DNA of 64,000 nt, taken from contig OZ004609.1 of the NCBI GenBank assembly GCA_963924565.1, positions 31,000,001-31,064,000 on the forward strand, given 5' to 3'. Below are positions 43,837 through 56,593 of this stretch, piece after piece (within the stretch, counting starts at the first letter, position 1; every line of letters starts with the position of its first letter). The notes beneath the pieces are model-generated. The model had not been told where the DNA came from, searched no databases, and was given only the letters and a program-made list of their open reading frames with translations. The position numbers and the translations under genes were made by a program. This DNA is from Ascidiella aspersa. Taxonomy: Eukaryota.

Positions 43837-45533
43837 ATGAATAACAGCCAATTAGAAACGTTGAATTCAACAGAAACATGGCGAAGGTCTGTCGAGCAAG
43901 CCTCGTGGGGCGTACTGACAGCTGCTACTCTTTACCTTGTTGTGGTTCTCGTAATGTTCGAGGTAAAATGTGGAGAGAACCTGGTCAAGCAGGTGGTAAC
44001 TAAAAGACGAAAACAGTGGACTTCGAGTTTCGGCAAAAACCCGATGTGCATTCTGGCGGCTGTATTTTCGCTGCTCAGATGTGCTTCCTTACAAATTGAG
44101 CTGAGTTTTGGGACACAGAGCGACGCTGTCTGTCAGACATTCATGTTCCTGTATTATACCCTCAACAACCTGAACTTGCTGGCCGTGTACTGCATGTTGT
44201 GGACTAGACAAAGAAACCTTTACAAAGATGCCGTTCTTCGGTATCTCCTAACGCCTTGCTACCGATTTCTCAATGTCGCCGTCTTGGTCGGACTTATCGT
44301 TGCCATGGTTGTCCTTACGTCACTCGTATTCGTGGTACTCAAACTGGTGACGTCACCGTTTGGGTGCATGTACGTCACGGCGAATGGGTCTGTGCGCGTC
44401 GGATTCATGGGGGCATGCTATTGTGGGCTGGTGGCAATACAATGCTCACTTCTGGGCCTTATGCTTTATCCACTCTTCCGTCATTACGGGATCGCTAAGA
44501 GCTGTTGTTGCAGTAAAGGAGTCATTAAAGAACGTAGCAACAAAATACAGGTAAAACTTGAGGTTTTTTATTACGGTAAATTTGTTGCTAAAATTTCGAT
44601 TTCTGTAGTGGAAAAAAACTTCAGGGTTAAAATAAGCCCTCGAAATGTTTAAACCGAACTCAAACCAATCTGCCAAAAAATATAGTGAACGTTGGTGGAT
44701 TGTCTTACACCCAGCGGTAAACAACCAGAAACTGTCCGGTTCGGAAGATACCATGTTTCTTGAATTTATTTAAACTAGGATTTAATTGGGACAATTGCTT
44801 TTATGTCAATATTTAAAAGTTTTTAGGCGGTAGGAATACTATTCTACTATCACCTGGTTACATCAAATTTAGTTTTGTATTATTGGTTATTAAAATACCG
44901 GTCCTATCATTTAAGAATTATTAACTAAGTAAGGACAAGGTTGCGTCAAAAAATTAAAAATGCTTAAAAACTACAGTGCCAAATAAGGAAACGGCGTTTT
45001 ATAATCTTAAAAAAAGCTTTTCGACACAAATTACATAAAGCTTTTCTAAATCGGAACTATAGCTTTGCAGAAATGTATCAGCCGGTTGAAGAAGCTTTTT
45101 AAAGTTTCAAAATAACATGTTGCACTTTATGGGATAGCACAACGTAAAAATTTGACGCTGCATAAAACAAATAAATAGTATATTGTTATTTGCGCAGAAC
45201 GTCGTTACTCGTCTTTGCGTCAGCACGAGCGTGTGCGTCATATCTGACGTCATACTTGGCTTTGGTTCAGCGTTGTACGATTCTTACGCCGAACAGCACC
45301 GTCCAACACTCTCCTGGCTTCTCTACAACCTTAACATGATTGTCAACACGGTGGCGCTAGTGTGCACATTTCGTGATTGGACTGAGCGACTGTTTCCATG
45401 GAAACACCAGGCAAGCTCTGGTGCCATGGCAACGAATGTTATTGAGGCGGTTAAGGCCCCGAGCCCGAAAAATAAACCTGCTGGACTCAAACTTAAAGAC
45501 AGGGTTCCGAATACGATTTTTGACCTAGATTGA
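43837..45533 (+). CDS. Divergent 7TM receptor, copy C (intact, 349 aa; exons 43837-44550, 45198-45533)
   Basis: Same intron position (KIQ|NVV) and motifs LWTRQRNLY, SPFGC, LMLYPLFRHY, FRDWTERLFPW. Confidence 0.85.
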
Positions 45534-48500
45534 TCGCTTGATTATATTGAATTCATTAAAATTAAGGCAAGAAATGATAATTCAGTTTGAAACAAGTTCG
45601 CTGTAATATTAGTAGTTTGTTGCAATTGCAAGTTGTTGTTGTAAATTTGCGTTTTTAACACCCCTCCTGCAAAGTTCAGTTATGAATATTGTTGTACAGA
45701 ATATTTTATCGCTCGTTGTGTGTTGTTTTCGCTTTATTTTCACTATTGCGTTCTCACTTCCTTAACTTTTCTTGCCTCTTCATTTCTGCACCTTACGGTT
45801 CACCTGTTTATACCTTATCTTATTACGTTTGCTGTTGACACCTTTTCATGAAGTATTTTAGTCCTCACACTTTTTTCTTCCCGACCGCAGTTTGGTGAGT
45901 CATGTAAAATGAAGGTAGTCAGGTTGGAGTAGACTGGAATTGTTACAAAATTATCCAATGTTCACGTTCACATCCGTTTTTTAGTCGCTGGCCGCTTTTA
46001 TTGTTTTGTTTTAATGCCCCCTGTATCGAATACATCTATAAAATGAATCGTGTAGCGTTCAGGCATTTGACAGGCCGTTACGTATAGGGCTCCAAAACTA
46101 GTGTAACAATGTTAATATCGTTTATATCGACGTTCAAACCCTTTTCCCATCTTGAATTTATAGTAACTTTGACATCCCCGGAAGGGTTTTTCTTTTGCAA
46201 TTTGTTAGTTATAATGTTGGTTTATGTTTTTATTTCAATTTGTAAAATATAGAGTAGATTTAGAGTAGACCCCTCTTAGTATGAAATATTAAAAATTAAA
46301 GGTAAATTGTTGTTTTTCGAAAAATTTAACATAAATACATTCATATTGCCGTTATATTTTGTGCTAAACTTGTGTGCTGGCTTACTACAGTTTTTCTGGC
46401 ATTGTGAATTCAACCGGACTTGTACCGTGTCAATCTCAACTAATTAAAGAAGCCTTACTTAATGCTACTCCAACTGCAAAAATTATGTTTTCTTATTGCG
46501 TCATTTACAAATAACGAAAATCTGCATTCAGCTTAAGCGATAAATTTAGGCTCTGTAGTTCCCCTGCACTTCAACACTATTTTTATAAAAGCGTTACGCT
46601 TGACATTAGAGGATTTCAAGGTAAGCTGCCATTTTTAGCACAAGGTTTACAAAGTGATTCACATCATTGATTTAAGAAATATATTTTGTTATGCTGCTAT
46701 AGTTTCTACAGTTGTTGCTTGTTTTCATGAATTTAGAAATTCCGGTTAATAATAACATAAAACTAAACTGAGATGTAAAATGAATTAATTATTATCTTAC
46801 TCACGGCTGCAATGTTTGTTATGCAGCTCAACTCAAAAATATCAAACACGCACATAAACCAAGCAAATTATTTTATGTCCAAAAATTGCGATAAATAACC
46901 AAATCATATAAAAATAAACTAATAAAAACACTTCATTTCACGAAGTCATTTGTCCAACAGATTTACGAAAAGTCAGCTAATTTGTCCAAAAGACTTAAGT
47001 CAAGTCAAGTCATTTTGCACAATAGACTTAAGTCGAGTCAAGTCATTTAAGAAGCTTGACTTAAAGCCATTTAAACACCGTTAATAACTAATCGAAATAA
47101 TGCTGGTTTAACGAGATGCTCGAATCAAAACAATAAACACAGCAAGCGAAAGAAACCTTTCAACGTAAACTTTCTTATTTTGTACTGTTTTTGGTATTAT
47201 CGTTTGAAAGTTAAAACAGCGTTTAATCTGTGCGATTTGATGAATTGATTGCAACGATAGCGCTACCTCGTTTTGACTGATGTAATATAACGTAGGACTA
47301 CACGATATTGAGCGTGAGCTAGTATTAAGTCTGACTTGGCTGCGAAACTTTGTTGTAAAAGTTGCAACGATGCTAAACGTGAGACAATAAACACAACTGG
47401 AACTGAAGAAAGCCCAATTTAGGTGCATACGTCTGCTAAGCATTCTTTTCGCTTTGTGTTTCGGACGTTTTGGGGCGCAAGAAATTACGAGTGTGTTTTC
47501 AAATGATGCATAAACGATACGTGGAAGTGACTGTAATATTGTGTTAAGAGATAACTAATGGGTGTCATATCACTGTTTTGCACATATCCACATACATTAT
47601 CGACCCTGTATAAAATTTAGACACAAACTATTTACGCAAAAGATCATAAAATGCATTGCTATAAACTACGTTGGCAAGTACTTTTATTTTTGAGAATTCC
47701 ATAGTAAGCGTGGCGCCCTTTTGGTTGAGAAGATTTTCACAAACAACCCAGAAGGTCAAATACGATTTGCGTAAAGAGCCAAAACTTATTTTTGGGTAGT
47801 ATGGCCATATATGGGGCATTGCCTAGTGCCCAGTTTTAAAAAGGGGCTGCGGGCGGGATGATTTACGTTGCTAGTTTAAAGTAATTCGGTTCTGAGAGCA
47901 GTCGTATCCGGAAAGTTAATTTTTCACTTCGCAAAGCGGCAGTTCCCTTTTAATCACACGTACTTTTGTTCACTTTTTTAACGTGCTGCTGCCCAGTCAA
48001 ACATTTAAACGTGTTGCTTTGCCTAAACTTAAAGAAACAATCCAACAGTTTTTCGTATATAAAATATACAATTTTTGGACGATAAATTTAGGTTTCTGTA
48101 GTTCCCCTGTAATTCAACACTATTTTTAAAAAAGCGTTACGGTTGACATTATAGGATTTCAAGATACGCAGCAACTATATACCCCAAGGTTTACAAAGTG
48201 TTCCACATCATTGTTTTAACCAGGATATACTTTTGCCTGCTGCTAGTTCTTACAGTTCTTAATTTTCATGATTTTAGAAATTCAAGTTAAGTATAACATA
48301 AAACTAAGCGGTTTTATAAAATGAATTAATTTCCTTACTAACAGCCGGTGTATTTTATGCGATGAGCTGGCGTAGCAATGTAGTTTAATAAGATTATATT
48401 AACTTATACCTTATCTTATTACGTTTGCTGTTGACGTTTTCATGAAGTATTTTAGTCCTCACACTTTTTTCTCCTCGACTGCAGTTTGGTAAAACAAGTA

Positions 48501-50112
48501 AAAATGAAGGTTGTCAGGCTGGAGTACACTAGCATCGTAACTTCTATACGTTCACATCCGTTTTTTAGTCGCTGGCCGCTTGCATTATTCTACGCTTTTA
48601 TTGTTTTGTTTTAAAGCTATCTTTTTTATAATTTTTTTAATTGTAAAATATAGAATAGACCATCCGTATTAGTATTGTGGTAAATATTTTTTTAAATAAT
48701 TTAACATGTATATAATTTTGCCGCTATAATTTTATACTTACCTTATGTGCTGGCTTACTCCAGTTTTTCGGGCATTGTAAATTCAAGCGGACTGTAGCGT
48801 GTCGTGCTAAGAGGCGCGAATATTTCTGCCAATTGGTTCGCAAAATAAAATCAGAGATCTGGTAAACTTAAGCTGCATGGATATGATTTTCTAGCGCCAT
48901 TGCTAGGTCAGACGAATCTCAAAAAATATTAGCTTATTAAAGAAGCCCTGCTTAATGCTACTCCAACTTTAAAATTATGTTTTTCCTTGGTGCGACATTT
49001 GCATATATCGAAATTCAGAAAAAATAACAATTTTTATAGATGTAGACCCAAAGTTTCGAACTTACCCCTTAAGCAGTTGTTCATTTGAACGGTCGCATTG
49101 GGGACTTACGAAATTTTGCCCCAGTGCTTACTTGAAACTGTGGTGGCCTTTGTTATGGGTCGCCTTTGGCAAAATTGCAACATGAGAAACAAAAACCCAA
49201 CCTGCCAAAACCAGTCACACCGAAAACAAATTCAAACGTTTAAACTTATTGACGACATGTATCGTTAACCATAATTAAACGACAAAACGACAAATTAAAA
49301 AAAGTGTGAAAAATGGAAATTCGCAGTAGCTGACCTATTCCAGGTTCTTATGCAGACGCCTAAAACGATCAACAACACATAATGTAATACAAAGATTTCT
49401 AGCTGAAAATTTATCCAAGTTCTTGCGCTTAAAACGATTAAAACAAATCGAACCAAAGCATTGGCGTTGTCGAACCCGATTTGCTCTTGATTCGAAACAT
49501 GACCAAAATATTTATTTCATCATGCAGAAAAATAACTAGTTTTATGGGTTTTGTTTTCCACTCAGTTCTAGTGACTTTACAAAATTTTCCACCTGCCAAC
49601 AATATCACAGGTTTCGTAATTTATAATTTTTTAAACCCTTTTTTTACTAATTTAAGAATACGTATATCGTACTCGAAAAACGTAAATAACAAGCACTATA
49701 CTGTAAACCCAAATGGTGTAAAATTTCCCAATTGATGATTTAAGGCGGTGTATTTTACAATTGATCTGCTCTGTAAACTTTTAAGGATAAAAAATATTTA
49801 ATATAGCAGTTTTTATCAATTTTGACTAAATCAAAACGTAAAAAACATAAATTCATTTTTGTTCACTAGTGTTTTTTCATTCATAAGGCTCTGCAGTTCC
49901 CCTGTAATTCAACACTATTTTAAAAAAGCGTTACGCATGATATTATAGGATTTGAAGATACGTAGCTTAAATGAGCCATACAAACGATTTATAAAATATC
50001 TGACCTCAAAAAGAAATAATATTGTTTTATTATACAAGATTTGCATTCAGGTTCAGCTTTTGTAAAATTTGTCGGTGATTTAGTTTGCGCGATCATGTTA
50101 AGTTACGCATAG

Positions 50113-50412
50113 AACGTCGTCACTCGTGTCTGTATCAGCACGTCGGTGTGCGTCATATCTGGCGTCATTCTGGGTCTGGGCGTGTCCGTTTTCGATTCCG
50201 TGGTCAATCGGCGTTCAATCCTAACCTGGCTCGTCTACAACCTCAACATAATCGTCATAGGCGGCGCTAGTGAGCTCCTTCAAGGACTCCCATGGAAACG
50301 CCAGACGGCTTTGTCCTCTGACGTCACCGGCAACGTCACCGACGCTGGAGGCGCCTTGAGCAGCGCCGGTGCAACGTCATCGCGTCACGTGATGTTCAGC
50401 ACGACGTCTTAA
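50113..50412 (+). pseudogene. 7TM receptor copy D: orphan exon 2 (A-like), no exon 1
   Basis: tag|aacgtcgtcactcgt... closely matches 39594-39899. Two deletions scramble the end of TM7/helix 8, but the frame is restored at PWKRQ. Confidence 0.8.
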
Positions 50413-51873
50413 GAACTAAAAATAAACAAAAAAATAAAAATAACGTGCTGGTCAATCCCCGCAAGTTTGCTCTGTTGTTGCTGCTTATATTTTAACCTGA
50501 TTAAAACGTTGAAAGTTTCGGCATTGAGATCCAGTGTCGTAAGCAAGTTTTTTTCAAATAACTTAAGTCTCAGTGAAGTCATTTGTAAATTAACTTTAGT
50601 CAATTATTTTAGAATAAATAACGAGTCAAGTCCCAATCAAGTCATAATTAGAGCAAGTCCTTGTCATAAAAATTGCATGTTTAAGTCCGACTATGAGAAA
50701 TACCTCAACCTAAAAGTACTGAAAACGCAACATGTAACAAGCAATTTATTTTATGTGCAAAAATCTGGAAAAATAACCAAATTTTATCAAAAAAATCTTA
50801 ATGAAAACACTTAATTTCATCCCAGTCATTTGTCAAACAAAATAAAGTCAAGTCATTTGTCGAAAAGACTTAAGTCAAGTCGAGTTATTTTGCCCAAAAA
50901 ACTCAAGTCAAGTTAAGTGCTTTATAAATTGTGGCTTACGCGCAGTCTGACTTAAGTCATTACAACATCGTTAAGAACTAATCCAAATAATGCCGGTTTA
51001 ACGAAATACTCGAATCGAAACAATAAACACAACAAGCGAAAGAAACATTTCAACGTAAACTTTATTTGTATTGGAAATGGTGATTGTCGTTTTAAAGTAG
51101 GAACAGCGTTTAACTCTTTGTAATTGATTAATTGGTTGAGACGATCGTAATAACTGATTTTGACTGATGTAAGATAACGTAGGACTATAGGAGATTAAGC
51201 TTTACCTGAGAACTACTTCGTCTATTTATTTCAGAGATATAACAGTGGAAGAAGCTTCATGGGTTTATAAAAAACATTTTGCACTATTTTGACGTTACGT
51301 GTGTTTTTACATTCACATTTTTAATCGTTTCAGTGATTTAAATATAGATTGTATTCATGTTTAACTAAACTTACCTTAATACATTTCTTGTACAGAACAA
51401 CAAAGTGTGGTGTCGTTCTATTTTGAGCTACTAATTTATTGTGAACGAGGCCCGTAAGCCACACGGCTAAAAAGTTTGCCAAAGAAAGTATACCGGAGTG
51501 TAACCTATTGCGAGATTCGTCAAACGCGCAGGCTCAAGTTAGTTTGTAAAACGAGAGGGTTTGGCAGGTGACGTAATACGCATGGTTTCCGTAAACTTGA
51601 AAGGCAACGCAAACAAACGGTTTTAAAGGGAAACATAGATTAAATAACAAAACTTTACAAACGATTTATATTACGTTACTTCTGACCCCAATGAGAAATA
51701 GTTTTACTTTATTATACAAGACTATGCATTCAGGTTGAGCTTTTGCAAATTTGTCGGTGATTTAATTTGCAAGATCACGTTAAGTTAGTAATCCCCAAAA
51801 TTATTTGAGACGACTCGTCAAAAATGAGGTCGAATTTGAAGAAAGTAAATCGCATTTCCTTATTTACGCATAG

Positions 51874-52168
51874 AATGTCGTCACGCGTCTTTGTATCAGC
51901 ACGTCTGTCGTCGGTGTGCGTCATATCTGACGTCATACTGGGCCTGAGCGTGTCCGTTTTCGATTCCGTGGTCAAACGACGTTCAATCCTAACCTGTCTC
52001 GTCAACACGGTGGCGCTAATGAGCTCCTTCGAGGACTGGACCGCGGGAATGTTCCCATGGAGACGCCAGACGGCCTTGTCCTCTGACGTCACCAATGCTG
52101 GAGGCGCCTCGAGCAATAGTGTTGGTGGAGCGTCATCACGTCATGTGATATTTAGCACGACATCTTGA
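51874..52168 (+). pseudogene. 7TM receptor copy E: orphan exon 2 (A-like), frameshifted
   Basis: 5-nt insertion near 51905 (acgtctgtcgtcggtg) and a 21-nt deletion removing the YNLNMFV segment; no exon 1 upstream. Confidence 0.8.
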
Positions 52169-54196
52169 GAACTCTATAAAAAACATTTGAAACACTGCTT
52201 CTACAATTGATGAAAATAACGTGTTCGTCTGTTCCTCGCATGTCAGCTCAGCTTTTGATGTTTTTACATTTTCAATTTGTCAAAACATTAAAAGATTCGG
52301 CATTAAGAACAAGTGTTGTAAGCAAATCACTTTGAAATGTCCAAGTCAAGCCTTCTTCACTAAATAATAAGACAAGTCATATTTAGAGCAAGTCAACCCC
52401 TTGTCATAAAATTACATGTTCCCGTTCGATTATGAGCAATACCTCAACTTAAAAATACTAAAAACGCAACCCTAATTATTTGATGCTAATTATTTTTTTA
52501 TGTGTAAAACAAAAGAAAATACCGCTAACCAAATTTTATAAAAGAAAAGCTTAATAAAAACACTTCATTTCATCCAAGTCATTTGTCTAACAAACTTAAA
52601 TCAAGTCAAGTCATTTTGCCCAAAAGACTTAAGTCAAGTTAGGTGATTTATAAATAATGGCTTACGCGCAGTTAAGTCAAGTCATTACCTGAAGTCATTA
52701 CAACACCGTTGAGAACTAATCCAAATAATGCTAGATGCAACGAAATGCTCGAATCGAAACAAAAAACACAGCAAGCGAAAAAAATTGTTTTTAGGTTGTA
52801 ACAGCGTTTAATGCTGTGCAGCTTGATAAATTGATTGCGACTACCGCGGTACCTCATTTTGACTGATGTAAGATAACGTAGGACTAACGACTACAGGTGA
52901 TTGAACGTTAGCTGGTATTGAGCCTGACCTGGCTGCGAGACATTGGTGTAAAAGTTCTAGTGCTAAACGTGAGGTGATACACACTAAGGGAACGGAAGAG
53001 AGTCTGATTTATGTGCATACACCTGCTTAGCATTCTTTTTTTTTACACACACACACACAAACACACACTCACACACACACGTTATCGACCCCTGCACAAA
53101 AGTGTACATGTTTTGGACGCTGTTAAGTTAATCTTGCCATACAGCAGAACAGGCTACGATAATTACCTGCCCGTAGTGTGGAGCGTAATTTTAGAATAAG
53201 CAGCGATTTTGGGGCCAATGGCCACTGGTTTGTTTAATGCAGGGGTGAACAAACTTTCCCAGTTCCGTGCTTAAATAAAATAAAAAATTTGGACCGCACT
53301 AAACTTCCAGAAATAATTTTTGATAAGAGTTATTAAAACATAAGGTGTGCAGTATGATATAATACGTCTAAATCAGAGACAATTCAGGATTATTATCCAG
53401 TTAGAAAAGTCTAATTATGTAAACGAAGGCAAGGTCTTGGCGTGAAGTTAAAATGCGTTTGGAGTTGAAAAATGCGTTTGGAAAAAAAAAGTGTGAGGTC
53501 GATTAGCCAACAGATTTATTGCTGTACAGATGTCTGGTAAAAAGTTTAGAACATGCATAAAAACAGTGCTTTTATTTTGTTAAAATCGTTGGTTTAACAT
53601 GGAGTGGTCATTATAATGGTCATCGTGTAAATACGACATTATGTACATAATTTCATAAACGATATTATCCGCATAAATTGCATGTTTAAACAGTTTGAGT
53701 GCACGAGGACCCATAATCACAATGAGAAGACTGTAACATAATTACTTTAATTTAAATATTTATTCGTTTTTTGTTGTAATTTAAAAAGGGCCAATATATA
53801 ATCTATATGTTATGTCTCAGTTCTCGATGGTATGTCAACCCATAAAGTATTCACGCAAAGCACGATAAAATGCATCGCTATAAACAACGTTGGTAAATAA
53901 TTTTATTGTTGATAGTTCCATAGTAGGCGTGGCGCCCTTTGGCTGAGACGATTCACACAAACAACCCAGAAAGCCAATAAGATTTGCGTAAAGCGAAAAA
54001 CATTTTTTTGGTAGTATAGCCAAAATATATGGGGCATTGCCTCGTGCAAAGTTTGAAAAGGAGGCGGCTGATTGGATGATTAACGTTGGTCAGCCGTAGC
54101 TTGCCCTTTTCGGGTTTAAATTAAGTCGGTTAAGGGCAGTCTAGATGTATCAGGAAAATTCATTTGTCACTTCATAAAGCGGCTGGTCCATTAAAC

Positions 54197-54509
54197 CAGT
54201 GGTTCCTAACCTTTTTCCTTGCTGCACCCCTTTCAAATAACCAACCGGTTCTCGCTTCCCTTTCAGATTACCAACTAATTCTCGCACCTTCTTCTAGAAT
54301 TGCTTAAAGAACAAAACCTTTGTAATTTTTATTCCAAAAACGGATAACACAATAACACACTACCAAAATGTGATTTATTTTACATTTACTTGAGCAAAGA
54401 AATAAATTACAGTAATTAATTTTCTGTGTCTGATGTGGCATCCCCACACCCCCTTGGGACAGTTTTTGCACCCATTGGGTTTGCGGGCACCCCTGGCTGA
54501 CAAACCCTG
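54197..54509. mobile_element. hAT/Charlie-like MITE inserted in the upstream region of receptor F
   Basis: Left end cagtggttcctaacc; flanks cattaaac / atttaaac. Paralogous upstream blocks at ~41310 and ~47950 lack the insertion. Confidence 0.7.
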
Positions 54510-54683
54510 ATTTAAACCACGCGTACTATTGTGCACTTTTTCAACTTGCGTTGCCCGCAGTCAAACACTAAAACCTGCCGTGAAAGAAATTAGGATTAAT
54601 GTTGTATTTCTTAAATATAAACAGATCAACAGTTGTTAATATATTGCAAATACTAGTTTTGAAAAGTCCAGGTTTGTTTCGAA

Positions 54684-56593
54684 ATGAACGGCAGCAAAAT
54701 TGCGTTGAATTCGACTGCATCATGGCTAAGGTCTGTCGAGCAAGCTACGTGGGCCATCCTGACAACTGCCTCCCTTTATCTTGTCGTGGTTCTCGTAATG
54801 TTTGAGGTAAAACGCGGAAAGAAGCAACAAAATAATAAAAAACGGAACGGCTGGACTTCGTGTTTCGGCAAAAACCCTATGTGCATTCTGGCGGCGTTAT
54901 TTTCGTTGCTCAAAAACGCCTCCTTACAAATTGAGCTGAGTCTTGGGACACAGAGCGACGTCGTCTGTCAGACATTCAAGTGCCTGTTTTATACCCTGAA
55001 CAACCTGAACTTGCTTGCGGTGTACTGCATGTTGTGGACTCGACAAAGAAACATTTACAAACATGCCGTATTTCGGAACCTTCTGACGCCTAACTATCGA
55101 AGTTTCAATGTCGGCGTCTTGGTTGGGCTTATCGTTGGCACGGCTGTCTCGACGTTACTCGTAATCGTGGTACTCAAGATGGCGACGTCACCGTTTGGGT
55201 GCATATTCGTCACGATGCAAGGGGTTGAGATCAACCCGAACAACTGGCTTTATTTTGTCGGTTCATTCTGGATTCAATGCTTACTTTTGGGCCTCATGCT
55301 TTATCCACTCTTCCGTCATTACGGGATTGCTAAGAGCTGTTGTTGCAGTAAAGGAATCATTAAAGACCGTAGCAACAAAATACAGGTACGAAAAGGTATT
55401 TTTAGTAAAGGTAAATTTGTTTCTAGAATTTCGATTTCTGTAGTGGGATAAACCTTATGGTAGAAATAGGCCCAAGGAATTTTTAAAGCATATTCCATCC
55501 AATCTGGCAAAAAATATACTAAAAGTTGCAGGATTGCATTACATCCAGTGATAAAAGTAAGTCAAAAAAGGATTTGTAATGGATGTTCTGTAATACATTA
55601 GGTACGGCGTACCGGTAAAATACATCTTTAAATAATTTCTAAAAAAATCTTTTAAAAAAATTTTTTTTACCTAGCCACCGTTTTTTTTTGAATTTATTTA
55701 AATTGAGATTTAATTTCGAGATTTGTTGCCTGCATCAAACAACAATCTTAACTTTCCTAAAAATTTATTCTCCTTTATGGCATGGTATGGTGTAACCTTT
55801 TGACGTCGTTTTTTAAAGATTTCATTGCGTTCCGACAGGAAAATTATTCTACTCTAACCGCTGATTACATAAAATTTCATTTGTATTTTATGTTATTAAA
55901 ATACCCGTCCTTTCATTTGTGGATTAGTTACTGAGTAAGGACAAGGTTCCGTCAAAAATTTATTAAAAATACCAAAAATAAATATAAGTGACAAATAAGA
56001 AAACGGCTGATGAAAATCGTATTTTGACATAAATTACTTGAGCATTTTTAAAGGAGAACTACAGCGTCTATTTCTTTTCAGAAACCTTGGGTTTATAGAA
56101 ACATTTTGCACTATTTTGACATTACGCGTGATTTTACATTCACAATTTTAATCGTTTCAATGATTGCCAGTTTCAATGACAGCAACTGCCTATAGGTTTC
56201 CCGCTTTTGGTACAGTATACCGTTAAAAATTGACCACGGCTGAAACAAACAATCTGGATATTTTTCTTAATGCAGAACCTCGTTACGCGCCTCTGCGTCT
56301 GCGCATGCGTGTGCGTCATATCTGACTTCATACTGGGCTTTGAATCTTCGTTTCCCACAAGGCCATCACTCTTTTGGCTTGCCCACAACCTCAACATGAT
56401 CGTCAACACAGTAGCGACAGTGTGCACATTTCGTGATTGGACTGAGCGATTGTTTCCATGGAAACACCAGACAAGCTCTGGTGCCATGGCAACGAATGTT
56501 ACCAAGACGGCTAAGAACACAAACCTAAAAAATAAACATGCTGGACATACACTAAAAGACACGGTTGCGAATACAACGAATTTTAACCTATAG
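54684..56593 (+). CDS. Divergent 7TM receptor, copy F (intact, 339 aa; exons 54684-55385, 56276-56593)
   Basis: Same phase-0 intron (KIQ|NLV); motifs LWTRQRNIY, SPFGC, HNLNMIVN, FRDWTERLFPW. Confidence 0.85.

Noticed and set aside
37327-52708. AAGTC/GACTTAAGTC clusters as a CRISPR-like or regulatory array
   Set aside because: Eukaryotic context, irregular spacing, and bounded by TIRs and an 8-bp TSD, so these are MITE subterminal repeats.
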